A stretch of 64,000 nt of DNA from a virus (Duplodnaviria > Caudoviricetes). Positions 29,426 to 39,567 of the stretch are shown piece by piece. The stretch is taken from positions 24,436 through 88,435 of IMG/VR virus record IMGVR_UViG_3300011624_000001, one strand, 5' to 3'. Under the pieces are notes generated by a model. That model searched no databases and was not told the DNA's origin. It saw nothing but the letters and a program-made list of their open reading frames with translations. The position numbers were made by a program, and so were the translations under genes. How positions within the stretch are numbered: position 1 is the first letter of the stretch; each line of letters begins with the position of its first letter.

Positions 29426-29468
29426 GGGGAAAACCAGCGCCGGACCACCCTCCCCCGCACGCAACAAT
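29426..29468 (+). promoter_or_regulatory. Putative late promoter 6 (GGAAAA-N29-AACAAT)
   Basis: GGAAAA 29428-29433; hexamer 29463-29468. Confidence 0.75.
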
Positions 29469-29496
29469 GCAGGCTGACACATCACCGTGAAAAGCC

Positions 29497-31113
29497 ATGC
29501 AAGAACTCTCCCTAACGTCCAAAGCGCGCTCCTTCCTGGGCAAGCTGTTCGGCCCGAAGAACGTCGAGAACAGCGCCATCGGCCAAGCCGAGGAAATGGA
29601 CGCGATGACGGACGGGCTTTCAATCTCGACCCTCCTGGGCACGTCCAAGCGCACCGCGCGCAACCGGCAGCAGCTTTTCATGAAGTGGCTGGATATGACC
29701 GGCGACCCGATCATCACGACCGCCCTGCGCCTGCACGTCACGGCCGCGCTGGGCGGGCATGAGACATCAGGCGATGTGGTTTTCCTCGAAGACAACCCGG
29801 CGCTCAAGGGCGACAAGGCGGCCGCCAAAATCGTGGAGGAACTGCGCACCGACCTCAACGGCATTTTCAACCGGATCGCCTACACCGTGGCCTACAACGG
29901 CGCGGCCTATGGCGATGGCTATGGGCGCGTGTACAGCGACGGCAAGAACGGCGTGGTGGACGTGTACGTGGACGAAATCGTGCATCCGTCGATGGTGACG
30001 GCCTACGAGCGCGGCAACGCCACGGTGGGCTTTGTCGTGGCGTCCGGCCAGAAGTTCAGCGAGCGCCTGGACCTGTCGCAGATGGCGCGCATGAAGATGC
30101 CGCGCACGGTCTACATTCCTCAGGTCCGGGCAATGGAAAAGGCGATCCGGCTGGCGCTGCGCGAGGACGACATCAACGCCCTGCCGATCCTGCCGTCCCT
30201 GTTCGGCGGCTCGTTCCTCGACGTGGCCGAACAGCCCTATGAATCGCTCTCGACCGCCCTGGCCGGTCTGGTGGGCCAGCGCGTGCTGGACTCGATTGAT
30301 GAGTCCATGCTGACCCTCAACATGGACGGGATGACCAAGGAGCAGCAGCGAGAGTACAAGTCGAATCTGGTCAAAATTCTGACGGCCTCGAAGAAGCGCG
30401 CCGAGGATGCCGTCAAGACCGGCAAGCCGGTTCTGTCGCGCATCTACAACCTGATCCCGGTATGGGGCGAAAAGCAGCTCACCGCCCTGACCGGCAGTAT
30501 TGCGGGCGGCGGCGGGCGCGGCCAGTCCGGCACGATCAGCATTGAGGACGTGCTGTTCCACGCAAAGCTACTTGCCGGAGCGATTGGCATCGACCTGTCC
30601 ATGTTGGGCTTTGCCGAGCTGCTGACGGGCGGCCTGGGCGATGGCGGGTTCTTCCGCACGTCGGCGCAGGCGGCTGAGAAGTCGCGCCTGCTGCGCGTGG
30701 GCATGGCCGAGTTCTTCAACCACATCATCGACATTCACACCTTCCACAAGTATGGCGTGGTGTACAAGGCCAGCGAGCGGCCGTGGGTCGTGAACTTCTA
30801 CGGCTCGATCAGCGCCCTGGAAACGGAAAAGCAGCACACCAAGACCGAGGCCATGAATACCGGCGCGATCCTGGCGCAAACCCTGGCGCAACTGCGCGAC
30901 CTGCGCCTGGATGACGCGGCGCTCAAGGAAGTGCTGACGAAGATCATGCTGCTGGACGAGGATCAGGCCGACTTGATCGTCAAGGGCATGGCGAAGCCGC
31001 CGCCAGAGGACGGTGGCGGCGGCGGGTTCGGCGGTGACGGGTTCGATGGGGGCGGCGGCTTCGGCAGTGGCCCGAAACCGCCAGTGCCGGGCGTGAAGGA
31101 TGACGAAGAATGA
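29497..31113 (+). CDS. Portal protein, P1 Prt-like
   Basis: DPIITTALRLHVTAALGG..AYGDGY..TGGLGDGGFFRTSAQAA motifs; near darB/ulx as in P1. Confidence 0.7.
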   Translation: MQELSLTSKARSFLGKLFGPKNVENSAIGQAEEMDAMTDGLSISTLLGTSKRTARNRQQLFMKWLDMTGDPIITTALRLHVTAALGGHETSGDVVFLEDNPALKGDKAAAKIVEELRTDLNGIFNRIAYTVAYNGAAYGDGYGRVYSDGKNGVVDVYVDEIVHPSMVTAYERGNATVGFVVASGQKFSERLDLSQMARMKMPRTVYIPQVRAMEKAIRLALREDDINALPILPSLFGGSFLDVAEQPYESLSTALAGLVGQRVLDSIDESMLTLNMDGMTKEQQREYKSNLVKILTASKKRAEDAVKTGKPVLSRIYNLIPVWGEKQLTALTGSIAGGGGRGQSGTISIEDVLFHAKLLAGAIGIDLSMLGFAELLTGGLGDGGFFRTSAQAAEKSRLLRVGMAEFFNHIIDIHTFHKYGVVYKASERPWVVNFYGSISALETEKQHTKTEAMNTGAILAQTLAQLRDLRLDDAALKEVLTKIMLLDEDQADLIVKGMAKPPPEDGGGGGFGGDGFDGGGGFGSGPKPPVPGVKDDEE

Positions 31114-31895
31114 GCCTGTTCGACCAGATCGCCAACAAGGTGTCGGCGGGCATGGCGTCCCGCGTTCCGTCGCTGGGCTCGATCAGTAGCGGCATCAGCG
31201 GCGCACTGGTGGGCAAGTTCGTGCCGAAGAAGCTGCAAGGCAGTGTCAACCGCGCGCTGCGCGGCGACATTGGCGGGGCCATCGCTGACGGCCTGGGCAA
31301 TGCCGTAGCGGGCGCAGCAGCGAATAAGCTGGGCAAGCTGCAACTGCTGGGCGGCATTTCGCTCAGCGAGGCCGAGCGGATCGCCGCCGAGGTGCAATCG
31401 ACCAACTACGCCAAGAAAAACCTGTGGTATCTGCAAATCGGGGAGTGGGAGACAGAGAGCGGCTACGAGGACATCGGGCACGCCTTCAATATGTTCGCCA
31501 CCGATGTGTCCTACTCGTCCCGCTCGATCACCAGCGAGGGCAAGCCTATCGGCATGGGCGCGATGGATGCCATTTCCGGTGCCGAGCGCGCCGAGCTGCG
31601 CATCACGACCTACGATGACGCGCGCGGCACGATCCGAGGCTGGTTCACGTCCAAGCTCGCCAAGGTCGCGCACGATGACGGGACGGTGGGCCTGCCGATT
31701 GAATACCTCATCAAGATTCTTGTCGGCCAGTCGGCAACGGACGAGCTGGGCGGCACCCTATTCGGCCAGTTCACGGAAACCTACCTCCTGCGCCCGACAT
31801 CAATCGAGCATGAGCTGTCTCGCACCGAGGACGGGCTACAGCAAATCCAGATGACGTTTTCCCAGTTTGACACCTTCATGTACAAGGGCACCTAA
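31110..31895 (+). CDS. P1 Tub-like tail tube initiator
   Basis: KNLWYL..FNMFATDVSY..RITTYDD..DGTVGLP; directly precedes the tape measure gene. Confidence 0.55.
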   Translation: MSLFDQIANKVSAGMASRVPSLGSISSGISGALVGKFVPKKLQGSVNRALRGDIGGAIADGLGNAVAGAAANKLGKLQLLGGISLSEAERIAAEVQSTNYAKKNLWYLQIGEWETESGYEDIGHAFNMFATDVSYSSRSITSEGKPIGMGAMDAISGAERAELRITTYDDARGTIRGWFTSKLAKVAHDDGTVGLPIEYLIKILVGQSATDELGGTLFGQFTETYLLRPTSIEHELSRTEDGLQQIQMTFSQFDTFMYKGT

Positions 31896-34051
31896 TGGCA
31901 CTCAATTCCGACCGCGACGGGTTCCTGCTGCCGGACCGCAGCCTGCGCGCCGACGACCTCGCGCAAGGCATCGGCGGCATCAAGCGTAATACCGACGCCA
32001 TCCTGACGCTGCTGCGCGGCCGCACGCGCCACTTGGAGCGCACCCGCGTCGCGAACCCGAACAGCCGCCCGCGCGGCCCTGGTAGCCCGCCTGGGCCTGC
32101 GCCAGCACCAGCGGCGCGCCAGAGCCGCGACCGCGCCTCTATTCCTGTCCCTGTGGGCGGCGGGTCGGCTGGCGGCCCACGCCCGCGTGACGGCCGTGGG
32201 CGGTTCGTGCGCGACCCTGGCGCAGAGGTGGCCGGTGAGGTGCGCCAGTTGACGCGCCAGCAGGCGCAGCAGAACGCCGAGCGCGAGCGCGCCGAGGAAT
32301 CGCGCCGCACCCGCGAAGGCACGGACCAGACGCGCGACTCGCGCGGCCGCTTTGGCGCTGGTGGCGGGTCGGACGGTGGCGCAGCCGGTTCCGACGACGA
32401 CAAGGGGCTGCTCGGCCGGATGAGGGAGTTCTTCAAGGATCACAGCGGCGGCCCGGCGCTCGATGGCGCAGACAAGGTGGACCCGGCCGTGGAGTCGGCC
32501 AAAGAGGTGGCGGGCTTGATGTCCGGCGCTGTCGGCGCGGTCAAGGCTACTGGCGAGCTGGGGCGCGCTGTCGTTGGCCGGGGATTCGGCGGCCGCAGCG
32601 GCGACCGCGAAACGCCCTGGTTCAAGCGCCTGCTGCAACAGCTCAAGCTAATGCGCCGGGATGATGCGCAATTCCATCGAGCCGAGCTGCGCGCGCTGAA
32701 CGAGCCGCGAGCGGCTGGCGGCGGCAGCATTATCACCGACTTGCTCAAGCTGGTCTTTAGCCCGCTAGGGGCGGCTATCGTCGCAGCGCTGGCGGGGGTC
32801 TGGATGGGATTCGGTGACAAAATCACCGGAGCGTGGAGCGGCTTCATCGGCAGCATGAAAGCAAAGTGGGATACGGCAGTAGAGAAATTCCTGGGCATTT
32901 GGGAGCCTATTGCCAAATTCTTCGCCGACAAGTTCGGAATCGTTGCCAGCACGGTCGCAGCGGTAGGCAACAGGGCGAACGAAGCGGTCAAGCAGGCGAC
33001 CGGTGTGGACGTGAAGAATGCAGCCTCGCGCGCTGCCGACGTGGCCGCGTCCAAGGCCGGTTCCCTGGCCGAGCGCTTCAACAAGGGATACCGGCACAAG
33101 GCCATGTTCGACGGCATCAAAGGCGGCGACGATCTGACCAAGTACGGCCGCTACACCGATGCCGAGGCTGCGAAAATCCGCCAGCTAAAGTCGAGCGGAG
33201 CGAACACCAGCGCCCGCCTGCCGGGCGGCATGAGCAAGCAGACGCGCGACAAGATCATCGCGCAGTCCAGGGCGGCCGGGGTGGACCCGGAAACCATGCT
33301 CAAGTTCGCGGCGATGGAGTCGGGCGGAAACCCGAATGCGGTATCACCCACTGGCGCTATCGGCACCTTCCAGATCGTTGGCGGCACCGCGTCCGGGCTG
33401 GGCGTGGCCGACCGCTTCAACGAGGACCAGAACATCGCGGGCGGCGTCAAGCTGGCCCAGGCCAACGCCAAGTACCTGACCAAGCACAAGCTGCCAGTGA
33501 CGGCCGAAAACCTCTACATGATGCACATGCTCGGGCCGCAGGCAGCACGCGAGGTCATCGTGGGTGCGCGCCAGGGCAAGCAGGTAAGCGAGCTGTCGCA
33601 GGGCACGCGCGACGCGATAGCGAAGAACCACGGCAGGGGCGCGAAAACGGCGGCAGAGTTCATCGGCATCAACAAGGGCGCGATGGAGCAGCGCTACGGT
33701 GCCGTGGTGCCAGCAGGCGCGGAAACGCAAATCGCGGCAGGCAAGGCAGGCGGCAATCAGGCCGCTGCGATGCGCGCGGCCAGCGCGCCGGGCAGCGCAT
33801 CGCCGTCGATGATGCCGACGATGGCAGGGACGGTTCCGGCCGTTGGCGTGCTGTCCGGCTCGCCGCGCATCGCGACGGTGACAGTCCCAGCGCAAACGCC
33901 CCCAGCGCCGCCGCCGCGCGCCGACACGCAGATTCCACTGGGAAGCAAAGCGCCGGTCGAGGTCACGGTGCGCAACGGCAGCAAACTGGCCGGGCAGGAC
34001 GTAAAGGACCGGCGACTGGCGCACATCGCCACCGGGGGAATGTCGGGTTGA
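31895..34051 (+). CDS. Tape measure protein with lytic transglycosylase (P1 Sit-like)
   Basis: AAMESGGNPNAVS..GAIGTFQI..TA SLT motifs within a long Ala/Gly-rich helical protein. Confidence 0.8.
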   Translation: MALNSDRDGFLLPDRSLRADDLAQGIGGIKRNTDAILTLLRGRTRHLERTRVANPNSRPRGPGSPPGPAPAPAARQSRDRASIPVPVGGGSAGGPRPRDGRGRFVRDPGAEVAGEVRQLTRQQAQQNAERERAEESRRTREGTDQTRDSRGRFGAGGGSDGGAAGSDDDKGLLGRMREFFKDHSGGPALDGADKVDPAVESAKEVAGLMSGAVGAVKATGELGRAVVGRGFGGRSGDRETPWFKRLLQQLKLMRRDDAQFHRAELRALNEPRAAGGGSIITDLLKLVFSPLGAAIVAALAGVWMGFGDKITGAWSGFIGSMKAKWDTAVEKFLGIWEPIAKFFADKFGIVASTVAAVGNRANEAVKQATGVDVKNAASRAADVAASKAGSLAERFNKGYRHKAMFDGIKGGDDLTKYGRYTDAEAAKIRQLKSSGANTSARLPGGMSKQTRDKIIAQSRAAGVDPETMLKFAAMESGGNPNAVSPTGAIGTFQIVGGTASGLGVADRFNEDQNIAGGVKLAQANAKYLTKHKLPVTAENLYMMHMLGPQAAREVIVGARQGKQVSELSQGTRDAIAKNHGRGAKTAAEFIGINKGAMEQRYGAVVPAGAETQIAAGKAGGNQAAAMRAASAPGSASPSMMPTMAGTVPAVGVLSGSPRIATVTVPAQTPPAPPPRADTQIPLGSKAPVEVTVRNGSKLAGQDVKDRRLAHIATGGMSG

Positions 34052-34104
34052 CGGGCAGCGGCCGCGATGCGTGTAGAATCTCGAAAATAATTCACGGAGG
34101 AAAT

Positions 34105-34542
34105 ATGCTCAAGCAAATTGTCGTGGCGGCCGCCCTGCTCGCCAGCGCCGCGCCAGCGCTGGCCGACTCATGGAACAGCAACAAGAACGTCGAGCGGGCG
34201 ATGAGTGCCGCCCTGGCGACCTATCGCGAAGCCGGAATAGGTGGGGCGGTGGACGAGTCGCAAAACTGCTATGCGGGCCTGGACACCAGCCTGCGCAACA
34301 AGAATGCCGGGCGTGACGTGGAGTATTGCATCGCCTACGAGTTCGCGGCGTCGGAAATCGACCGGCAGATGGTCGCGGCGATGCAGTTCCCGCCGACCGA
34401 AAGCCTGGAGCTAGGCATCGTCATGTTGCGCGCCACGGCCGCGCTAGAAAAGGCAGGCGTAGCGCGCCAGCGAAGTGACTTCGAGGCGTATCTGATCCCG
34501 CGCTACAAGAAAATAAAGGACGAGCTGCCCGCGAAAATGTAG
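34105..34542 (+). CDS. Exported (signal peptide) moron protein, superinfection-exclusion candidate
   Basis: GGAGG RBS; MLKQIVVAAALLASAAPALA signal peptide with ALA cleavage site; two Cys. Confidence 0.7.
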   Translation: MLKQIVVAAALLASAAPALADSWNSNKNVERAMSAALATYREAGIGGAVDESQNCYAGLDTSLRNKNAGRDVEYCIAYEFAASEIDRQMVAAMQFPPTESLELGIVMLRATAALEKAGVARQRSDFEAYLIPRYKKIKDELPAKM

Positions 34543-34560
34543 CCGCCCGAACCCCGGCAA

Positions 34561-34588
34561 GCCCGTGCGATCGCGCGGGTTTTTTTTC
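34561..34588 (+). terminator. Intrinsic terminator after moron
   Basis: CCCGTGC-GATC-GCGCGGG followed by T8. Confidence 0.8.
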
Positions 34589-34599
34589 GCCTGAGCGGT

Positions 34600-34642
34600 T
34601 AGGAAAACCGCGAGAAATGCCCCTGTTGTGGTGCCGCAAAGT
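34600..34642 (+). promoter_or_regulatory. Putative late promoter 7 (GGAAAA-N29-CAAAGT)
   Basis: GGAAAA 34602-34607; hexamer 34637-34642. Confidence 0.7.
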
Positions 34643-34676
34643 GTGATCTTCAACAATCCATTTTGACGGGTGACAC

Positions 34677-35165
34677 ATGACTACTTCGACGGGCGCATAT
34701 CTGGCGGCCTCCTACGGACAGGTGAAGGCGATGGGCGACAAGTCCGTTTCGTCCGATGCCATGTTCGTCATCGCAGGCTTCGAGCACCTGCGCCTGCTGT
34801 GCAAGCAATTCCCCTGGCCTACCCTCTCGCCGGGCGGTGAAATCGCCATCGCTACCCCGATGGGCGGCGAGGCGTGGCAACCACAGCAGCTCAAGGTGAA
34901 CCAGCAGGGCCAAGTCACGTTCTACGAAACCGTGCGCGGCGACGTGGAGCAGTTCATCGAGCAGATCACCGCGCAGGGCACCAAGTTCAACGCCGAAGTC
35001 TATGAGGGCACGATGGAGCGCCACCATCGCGGCGCGCGCATTGTCGATTGCTTCCTCCAGCTCGACAACCCGGATCGCGACTGGGAGAACCGTTCGACGG
35101 CCACCACCGTGTCCGGCACGCTGTTCTTCCACTATTTCGGCGAAAAAATTCCCGGCAACATCTAA
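34677..35165 (+). CDS. Tail tube protein, P1 BplB-like
   Basis: 162 aa; F.IAGFEHL.LL.KQFPWP..Q..VTFYET tube-fold pattern. Confidence 0.6.
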   Translation: MTTSTGAYLAASYGQVKAMGDKSVSSDAMFVIAGFEHLRLLCKQFPWPTLSPGGEIAIATPMGGEAWQPQQLKVNQQGQVTFYETVRGDVEQFIEQITAQGTKFNAEVYEGTMERHHRGARIVDCFLQLDNPDRDWENRSTATTVSGTLFFHYFGEKIPGNI

Positions 35166-35175
35166 GGGCTGAATC

Positions 35176-35559
35176 GTGACTCTTGGAGAGCTGGCCCTGT
35201 CGGTCAACTGGACGTTCGGCCTCATCATTGATGGGGACGAGGTAATCAAGCAGGCATGCGCGGCCGCACGCCAGTACCTCGCATGGGGTGAAATCGCCAG
35301 CATTGGCGCTGATGGCGCTCCTGCGGTCCTGGCCGACGTTGACGCGCATTGCGTCATCACCCCGAGCGAATGGGGGCTCATCAAGCCCCTGGCGGCCCTG
35401 TACGTCGAGCGCGAGAATGCCCGCGCCTTGGAGGCCTCGCGCGGCCAGGGTGTCGATGTGTACGGCCGCTCGGTATCGGAAATCGAGCAGTCCATCACGC
35501 AGTACGAAGTGATGGACCTGCCTCGGCTGGCATTTAGCTGCGCACCGGAGTCGATCTGA
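35176..35559 (+). CDS. Conserved P1-like virion protein (UpfB-like?)
   Basis: SEWGLIKPL..LYVERE.A..LEASRG.G.D.YGRS.SE motif. Confidence 0.45.
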   Translation: MTLGELALSVNWTFGLIIDGDEVIKQACAAARQYLAWGEIASIGADGAPAVLADVDAHCVITPSEWGLIKPLAALYVERENARALEASRGQGVDVYGRSVSEIEQSITQYEVMDLPRLAFSCAPESI

Positions 35560-35807
35560 TGGCGGGCGGGCTCATCAACTTCGAGATTTCGCAGTTCCCC
35601 GGCGAGGTGCGCGAGATGGCGAATGGCAACGAGCGTGACCTTGCTTCGTGCGCTGGTCACGATTTCCGCGCCCTCAACCAGTTCATCTACAACTCGCATT
35701 TCGCCTGCACCCGCTGCCAGGGCGTCGTTGACTACCTGACGGCCCTGCGCTTCGGCGCGCAGATGACCGCGCCCTACTACGAGCGCATCGCCCAGGCGGC
35801 CGCATGA
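35559..35807 (+). CDS. Hypothetical protein with CxxC
   Basis: Coupled at both ends (TGATG and ATGA overlaps). Confidence 0.5.
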   Translation: MAGGLINFEISQFPGEVREMANGNERDLASCAGHDFRALNQFIYNSHFACTRCQGVVDYLTALRFGAQMTAPYYERIAQAAA

Positions 35808-36682
35808 TCGCGATAGAGGGAATCTCGCCCGCGTTCCTGCTGGCGGCCTGCCTGCGCTATGACATGGCACCGATCCCGGTGACGTTCGAGGCACAGATTC
35901 GCCTGACCAGTGAAACGGCCCAGGTCGTGCAGGACGGCGCGCTGATCCGCGTAAATGAGATCCCGTTTCGGGTCATCAAGTGCGAGCCGCTGCGCAATGC
36001 GGGCGGCAGCGTGCAGGGAGACTTGCCGCTGTCGGCCGTGGCGATCACGGCGTTCCCTGATGCCCTGGTGGGCGTGGCGCGCAGGCGTCGCGCGGCCGTC
36101 ATCGGCATGAGCACGTCTTTCTCGACCATCTACCGGGCTTGCGGCGCAACCATCGGCGTTGACGGGGATATGAACATCGGCCGGTTCGCGTGCTTCAAGG
36201 GCGAAGTGCCCACGATGCAGCTCGCGCGGGTGCTGCAAGAGGAATCCGCGGTGCTGGTCTGGAAGGCTGGCCGGGTCGCCCTGGTGCGCCTGCGCGACCT
36301 CATGGCGCAGGAGCCGATTGCCGGGCTGACGGTGACGGCATCGGAAGACGTGCAAAGCGACTTTCTCGAAGCCGACGAAATCCCGCAGTACGTGTCCACC
36401 GGCCCGGACGGTGCATTCCTGCTCGGCGAGCGCCGCAACGAGGCCCAGGCGGTCATGTACGCGCCACGAAAGACCTCGCGCGAGCTGGGCCTGATGGGGC
36501 GAGTGCTGGTGCGCCGCAAGATCGTCACCGGACACCCGAACCTCGAAGTGCAGGCCGGGGCCGTGATCGACGTTCAGGGCATTCCCATGGCCGTCATGAC
36601 GGCCGTTCACTACATGCAAAACGGGACCGACGGCGGCGACGTGTCCCAGTATTCGCGCTACTGGCTAGGGAGCTTTAAATGA
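35804..36682 (+). CDS. Baseplate hub protein, P1 gp6-like
   Basis: LRYDMAPIPVTFE motif; precedes the spike gene. Confidence 0.6.
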   Translation: MIAIEGISPAFLLAACLRYDMAPIPVTFEAQIRLTSETAQVVQDGALIRVNEIPFRVIKCEPLRNAGGSVQGDLPLSAVAITAFPDALVGVARRRRAAVIGMSTSFSTIYRACGATIGVDGDMNIGRFACFKGEVPTMQLARVLQEESAVLVWKAGRVALVRLRDLMAQEPIAGLTVTASEDVQSDFLEADEIPQYVSTGPDGAFLLGERRNEAQAVMYAPRKTSRELGLMGRVLVRRKIVTGHPNLEVQAGAVIDVQGIPMAVMTAVHYMQNGTDGGDVSQYSRYWLGSFK

Positions 36683-37290
36683 TCGGACTGATGCCCGCCG
36701 AGGTCGATTCCATCGACCGTGAGAAGCGCATCGCTCGGGTGCGCATACCGGGCCTGACCGACGGCGCAACGGAGCTGCCCGAGGCGCAGTTCTGCAACCC
36801 AGTCGGCGACAAGAGCGAGCACACGGAAATTCGCATCTTGCCGGGCGACCGCGTATGGCTCGCGTTCGAGGGCGGCGACCCGCGCTATCCCGTCATCGTC
36901 GGCTACCGCCCGAAGAATCAGGAAAACGGCGTCGATTGGCGGCGCTTCCATCACGCAAACTTCCAGTTCGATGCCGATGACCAATTCATCATCAATGCGA
37001 AAACCGTCACGGTCAACGCGGAGAAGGTCGTCGTCAATGCCAAGCAGATCGAGGCCAACGCGAGCGAAAAGGCGACTGTCGTATCCCCGGAGGTGCTGAT
37101 TGACTCGCCCGATTCCAAGTTCACTGGGAAGGTGGAGGTGGCCGGGGCTTTCACCTACAAGGCGGGCATGACGGGCACAGGCGGCGCGGACATTGGCGGG
37201 TCCATGAAGAACAACGGCGTGAACATCGGCAGCACGCACACGCACGGCGGTGTCGCCACCGGCAGCGGCAAGACCGGCAACCCATCATAA
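36679..37290 (+). CDS. Baseplate central spike (gpV / P1 gp5-like)
   Basis: OB-fold RVRIPGL..PGDRVWLAFEGGD..P.I.G; C-terminal THTHGGV metal-binding apex. Confidence 0.85.
   Translation: MIGLMPAEVDSIDREKRIARVRIPGLTDGATELPEAQFCNPVGDKSEHTEIRILPGDRVWLAFEGGDPRYPVIVGYRPKNQENGVDWRRFHHANFQFDADDQFIINAKTVTVNAEKVVVNAKQIEANASEKATVVSPEVLIDSPDSKFTGKVEVAGAFTYKAGMTGTGGADIGGSMKNNGVNIGSTHTHGGVATGSGKTGNPS
36919..36961 (+). promoter_or_regulatory. Putative intragenic late promoter 8 (GGAAAA-N29-CAAACT), upstream of hdf
   Basis: GGAAAA 36921-36926; hexamer 36956-36961 identical to that of the darB promoter. Confidence 0.5.
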
Positions 37291-37300
37291 ATACAGGCAC

Positions 37301-37780
37301 ATGAAAACACTGATTTTCGATTTCTTCAAAGCGTCCGACAAGGACAAGTCCATCGCCAAGGCGAAGCGCTATTTCGAGCAGGCCGGGGCAAGCGTCACAT
37401 CGGTTGACGTGGACGCCAAGGTCAAGCGCGTGGCAGGCGTGTCGTTCCGCGACGTGCATTTCGGCTTCGCGGACAGCCAAACCATCAGCTTCGGCGTCAA
37501 GGAAACCGGCGACGTGTATCAGGTCAAGGTCAATGGCCGCCTGACGCCACTCAAGCATCAGGACGACCACCTCAAGGCTATCGGCGAGCTGGTCGCGGCG
37601 ATGGCAAAGGGCCGCGTCAAGTTCCAGTTGGCGCTGGCAAAGGTCAAGGTCGAGCTGCCCAAGTCGATCCGCACCGCCGCGCCAAAGATGGAAGTGGCGC
37701 TGCGCGAGCAAATCGCGGCCGTCGATGAGGCTATCGGCGTGGCCCAAGAACGCCTTGCTGCGCTCCAGCCGACCAGTTAG
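37301..37780 (+). CDS. hdf: Hdf-like protein (stand-alone DarA_N domain)
   Basis: KRVAGVSFR..FADSQ..VKETGDVYQVKVNG..PLKHQDD motif. Confidence 0.65.
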   Translation: MKTLIFDFFKASDKDKSIAKAKRYFEQAGASVTSVDVDAKVKRVAGVSFRDVHFGFADSQTISFGVKETGDVYQVKVNGRLTPLKHQDDHLKAIGELVAAMAKGRVKFQLALAKVKVELPKSIRTAAPKMEVALREQIAAVDEAIGVAQERLAALQPTS

Positions 37781-37820
37781 GAAAACTCGCGACGGCCGCC
37801 CCTTGCGGCCGCTTGAAAAT
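37778..37820 (+). promoter_or_regulatory. Putative late promoter 9 (GGAAAA-N29-GAAAAT)
   Basis: GGAAAA 37780-37785; hexamer 37815-37820. Confidence 0.75.
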
Positions 37821-37898
37821 GAAGTCTCTGCATGTGCGGGGTTCCGCGCATCGGTTTTTGTAGTGAATCACATTCCAATTTCTTTATAGGGCAACACC

Positions 37899-39533
37899 AT
37901 GAGCGGAACTACCCCGAAGTACACCCCGCAGGATGCGAGCGAGCTGCAATCGTTCGTCGCCAGCGCAACCCAAAACGACGGCAAGTCGGGCGCGATGTTC
38001 GACTCGGCCGCCGCCAGCGAAACCGCATTCGACTCGATCAAGAGCGAATCGGGCGGCGCACCGGCCATCGTTACCGAGCTGCTGGGCAAGGCCACCAGCG
38101 ACGATGAAAAGAAAATCGTCAAGGCCATCTTCGACGGCGCGCAGGCATACAACCGCGAACACGGCTTCATGCCGAGCGGCGACGTGCTGCTGTCGGCCGT
38201 GCATCAGGCCATGGGCGTCTACGACTCGGTGAACAACGGCCACCACAACCAGATTTCGGTATTCCCGAACGCGCCAATCGTCGCCATCATGGGCGCGATG
38301 GCCGAAGCGACCCCGTTTGCTGGCTACCTGCCAGCCGACAAGGGCTCGAACGAAGCACGCCTCATCATCGTGAACCACACCGCTGGCTCGAACTGGGGCG
38401 ACTACAAGACCGACGACATCATGGACGGCGTGGCCGCTGGTGGCGACTACATCAGCTCGTCGCGCACCAAAGAGCTGGCCGCACCGAACGACACCGCGAA
38501 CTACAAGTTCAACTTCGTCGCCAACAAGGACGGCGGCCCTGCCTTGAACCTGCTGCGCGGCCGTACCCTGGTCTACGTCAACGGCCTGCCAGCCATCACC
38601 GAAACCCCGAACGGTTCGAGCGGCGCGGCCAGCGTGCCGATCAGCGGCTTCATCACCCTGGGCGGCACCGAATACGCGCTGTCGGGCGTCGTCAAGCCTG
38701 CGAGCGGCGAAGTGATCGTCACCCCAACCCCCGCCCTGCCGGTCGGCTCCGTCGTGGCGGTCGAAGTGTTCGTCGATTACGAAAAAGACCCGAGCGTCAC
38801 CCCGCGCATGGCCGTCCAGGCGCGCAGCTACGCCCTGTTCGCCAGCCCGTACCGCGCCGTGTACCAGATCACGCCGGAAGCGCGCTCGCAGTTCGCCAAC
38901 GAAGTCGGCGTCGATGCTGGTGCCGAAGCGATGCTGGCCGTGCGCGGCCAGTACGCCCTGGAGCGCCACTACAACGCGATCCGCAAGGCCAAGATGATCG
39001 GCAAGTACGGCAACAGCGTGCCTTTCGACTTCGGCTACGCGGACCAGATTCTGCAAAAGACCATCCCGCAAATCTGGCAGAACTTCCAGTCGGTCCTGGG
39101 CGCCGTTTCGCAGCAGATGTCGGAAGACACCGCCGACCACGGCGTCACGCACCTGTACGTGACCAAGACCGTGCTGGCGATGTTCCAGTCGCTGCCGCGC
39201 GAGCTGTGGGAGCCGTCGGGCATCGTCGCCCGTCCTGGCATCTACCGCGCCGGTCGCCTGTTCGGCATGTACGAGGTGTACTACACCCCGAAAGGCCTGA
39301 ACGAATCGGCTGGCGGCGAGACTGCCGAAATCCTGTGCGTCGGCCGCTCGACCCAAACCGCGCGCTGCCCGATCATCTTCGGCGACGCATCGGCACCTGT
39401 GTTCGAGGCGCTGGGCCTGGGCACCGACCAGCTCTCGGGCTATGCCTTCAATGCGCGTTCGTTCACCACCGCGAACCCGCACCTGATGTCGGCCAAGGGC
39501 TGCGCGCTCATCACCGTGTCGAACCTCAAGTAA
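37899..39533 (+). CDS. Major capsid protein, P1 gp23-like
   Basis: 544 aa; strongly biased codons; P1 order 23-22-21-pmgG; GIVARPGIYRAGRLFG motif. Confidence 0.75.
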   Translation: MSGTTPKYTPQDASELQSFVASATQNDGKSGAMFDSAAASETAFDSIKSESGGAPAIVTELLGKATSDDEKKIVKAIFDGAQAYNREHGFMPSGDVLLSAVHQAMGVYDSVNNGHHNQISVFPNAPIVAIMGAMAEATPFAGYLPADKGSNEARLIIVNHTAGSNWGDYKTDDIMDGVAAGGDYISSSRTKELAAPNDTANYKFNFVANKDGGPALNLLRGRTLVYVNGLPAITETPNGSSGAASVPISGFITLGGTEYALSGVVKPASGEVIVTPTPALPVGSVVAVEVFVDYEKDPSVTPRMAVQARSYALFASPYRAVYQITPEARSQFANEVGVDAGAEAMLAVRGQYALERHYNAIRKAKMIGKYGNSVPFDFGYADQILQKTIPQIWQNFQSVLGAVSQQMSEDTADHGVTHLYVTKTVLAMFQSLPRELWEPSGIVARPGIYRAGRLFGMYEVYYTPKGLNESAGGETAEILCVGRSTQTARCPIIFGDASAPVFEALGLGTDQLSGYAFNARSFTTANPHLMSAKGCALITVSNLK

Positions 39534-39567
39534 TTCGGCCTCGATAACATAACCAAGGACGGCAACA

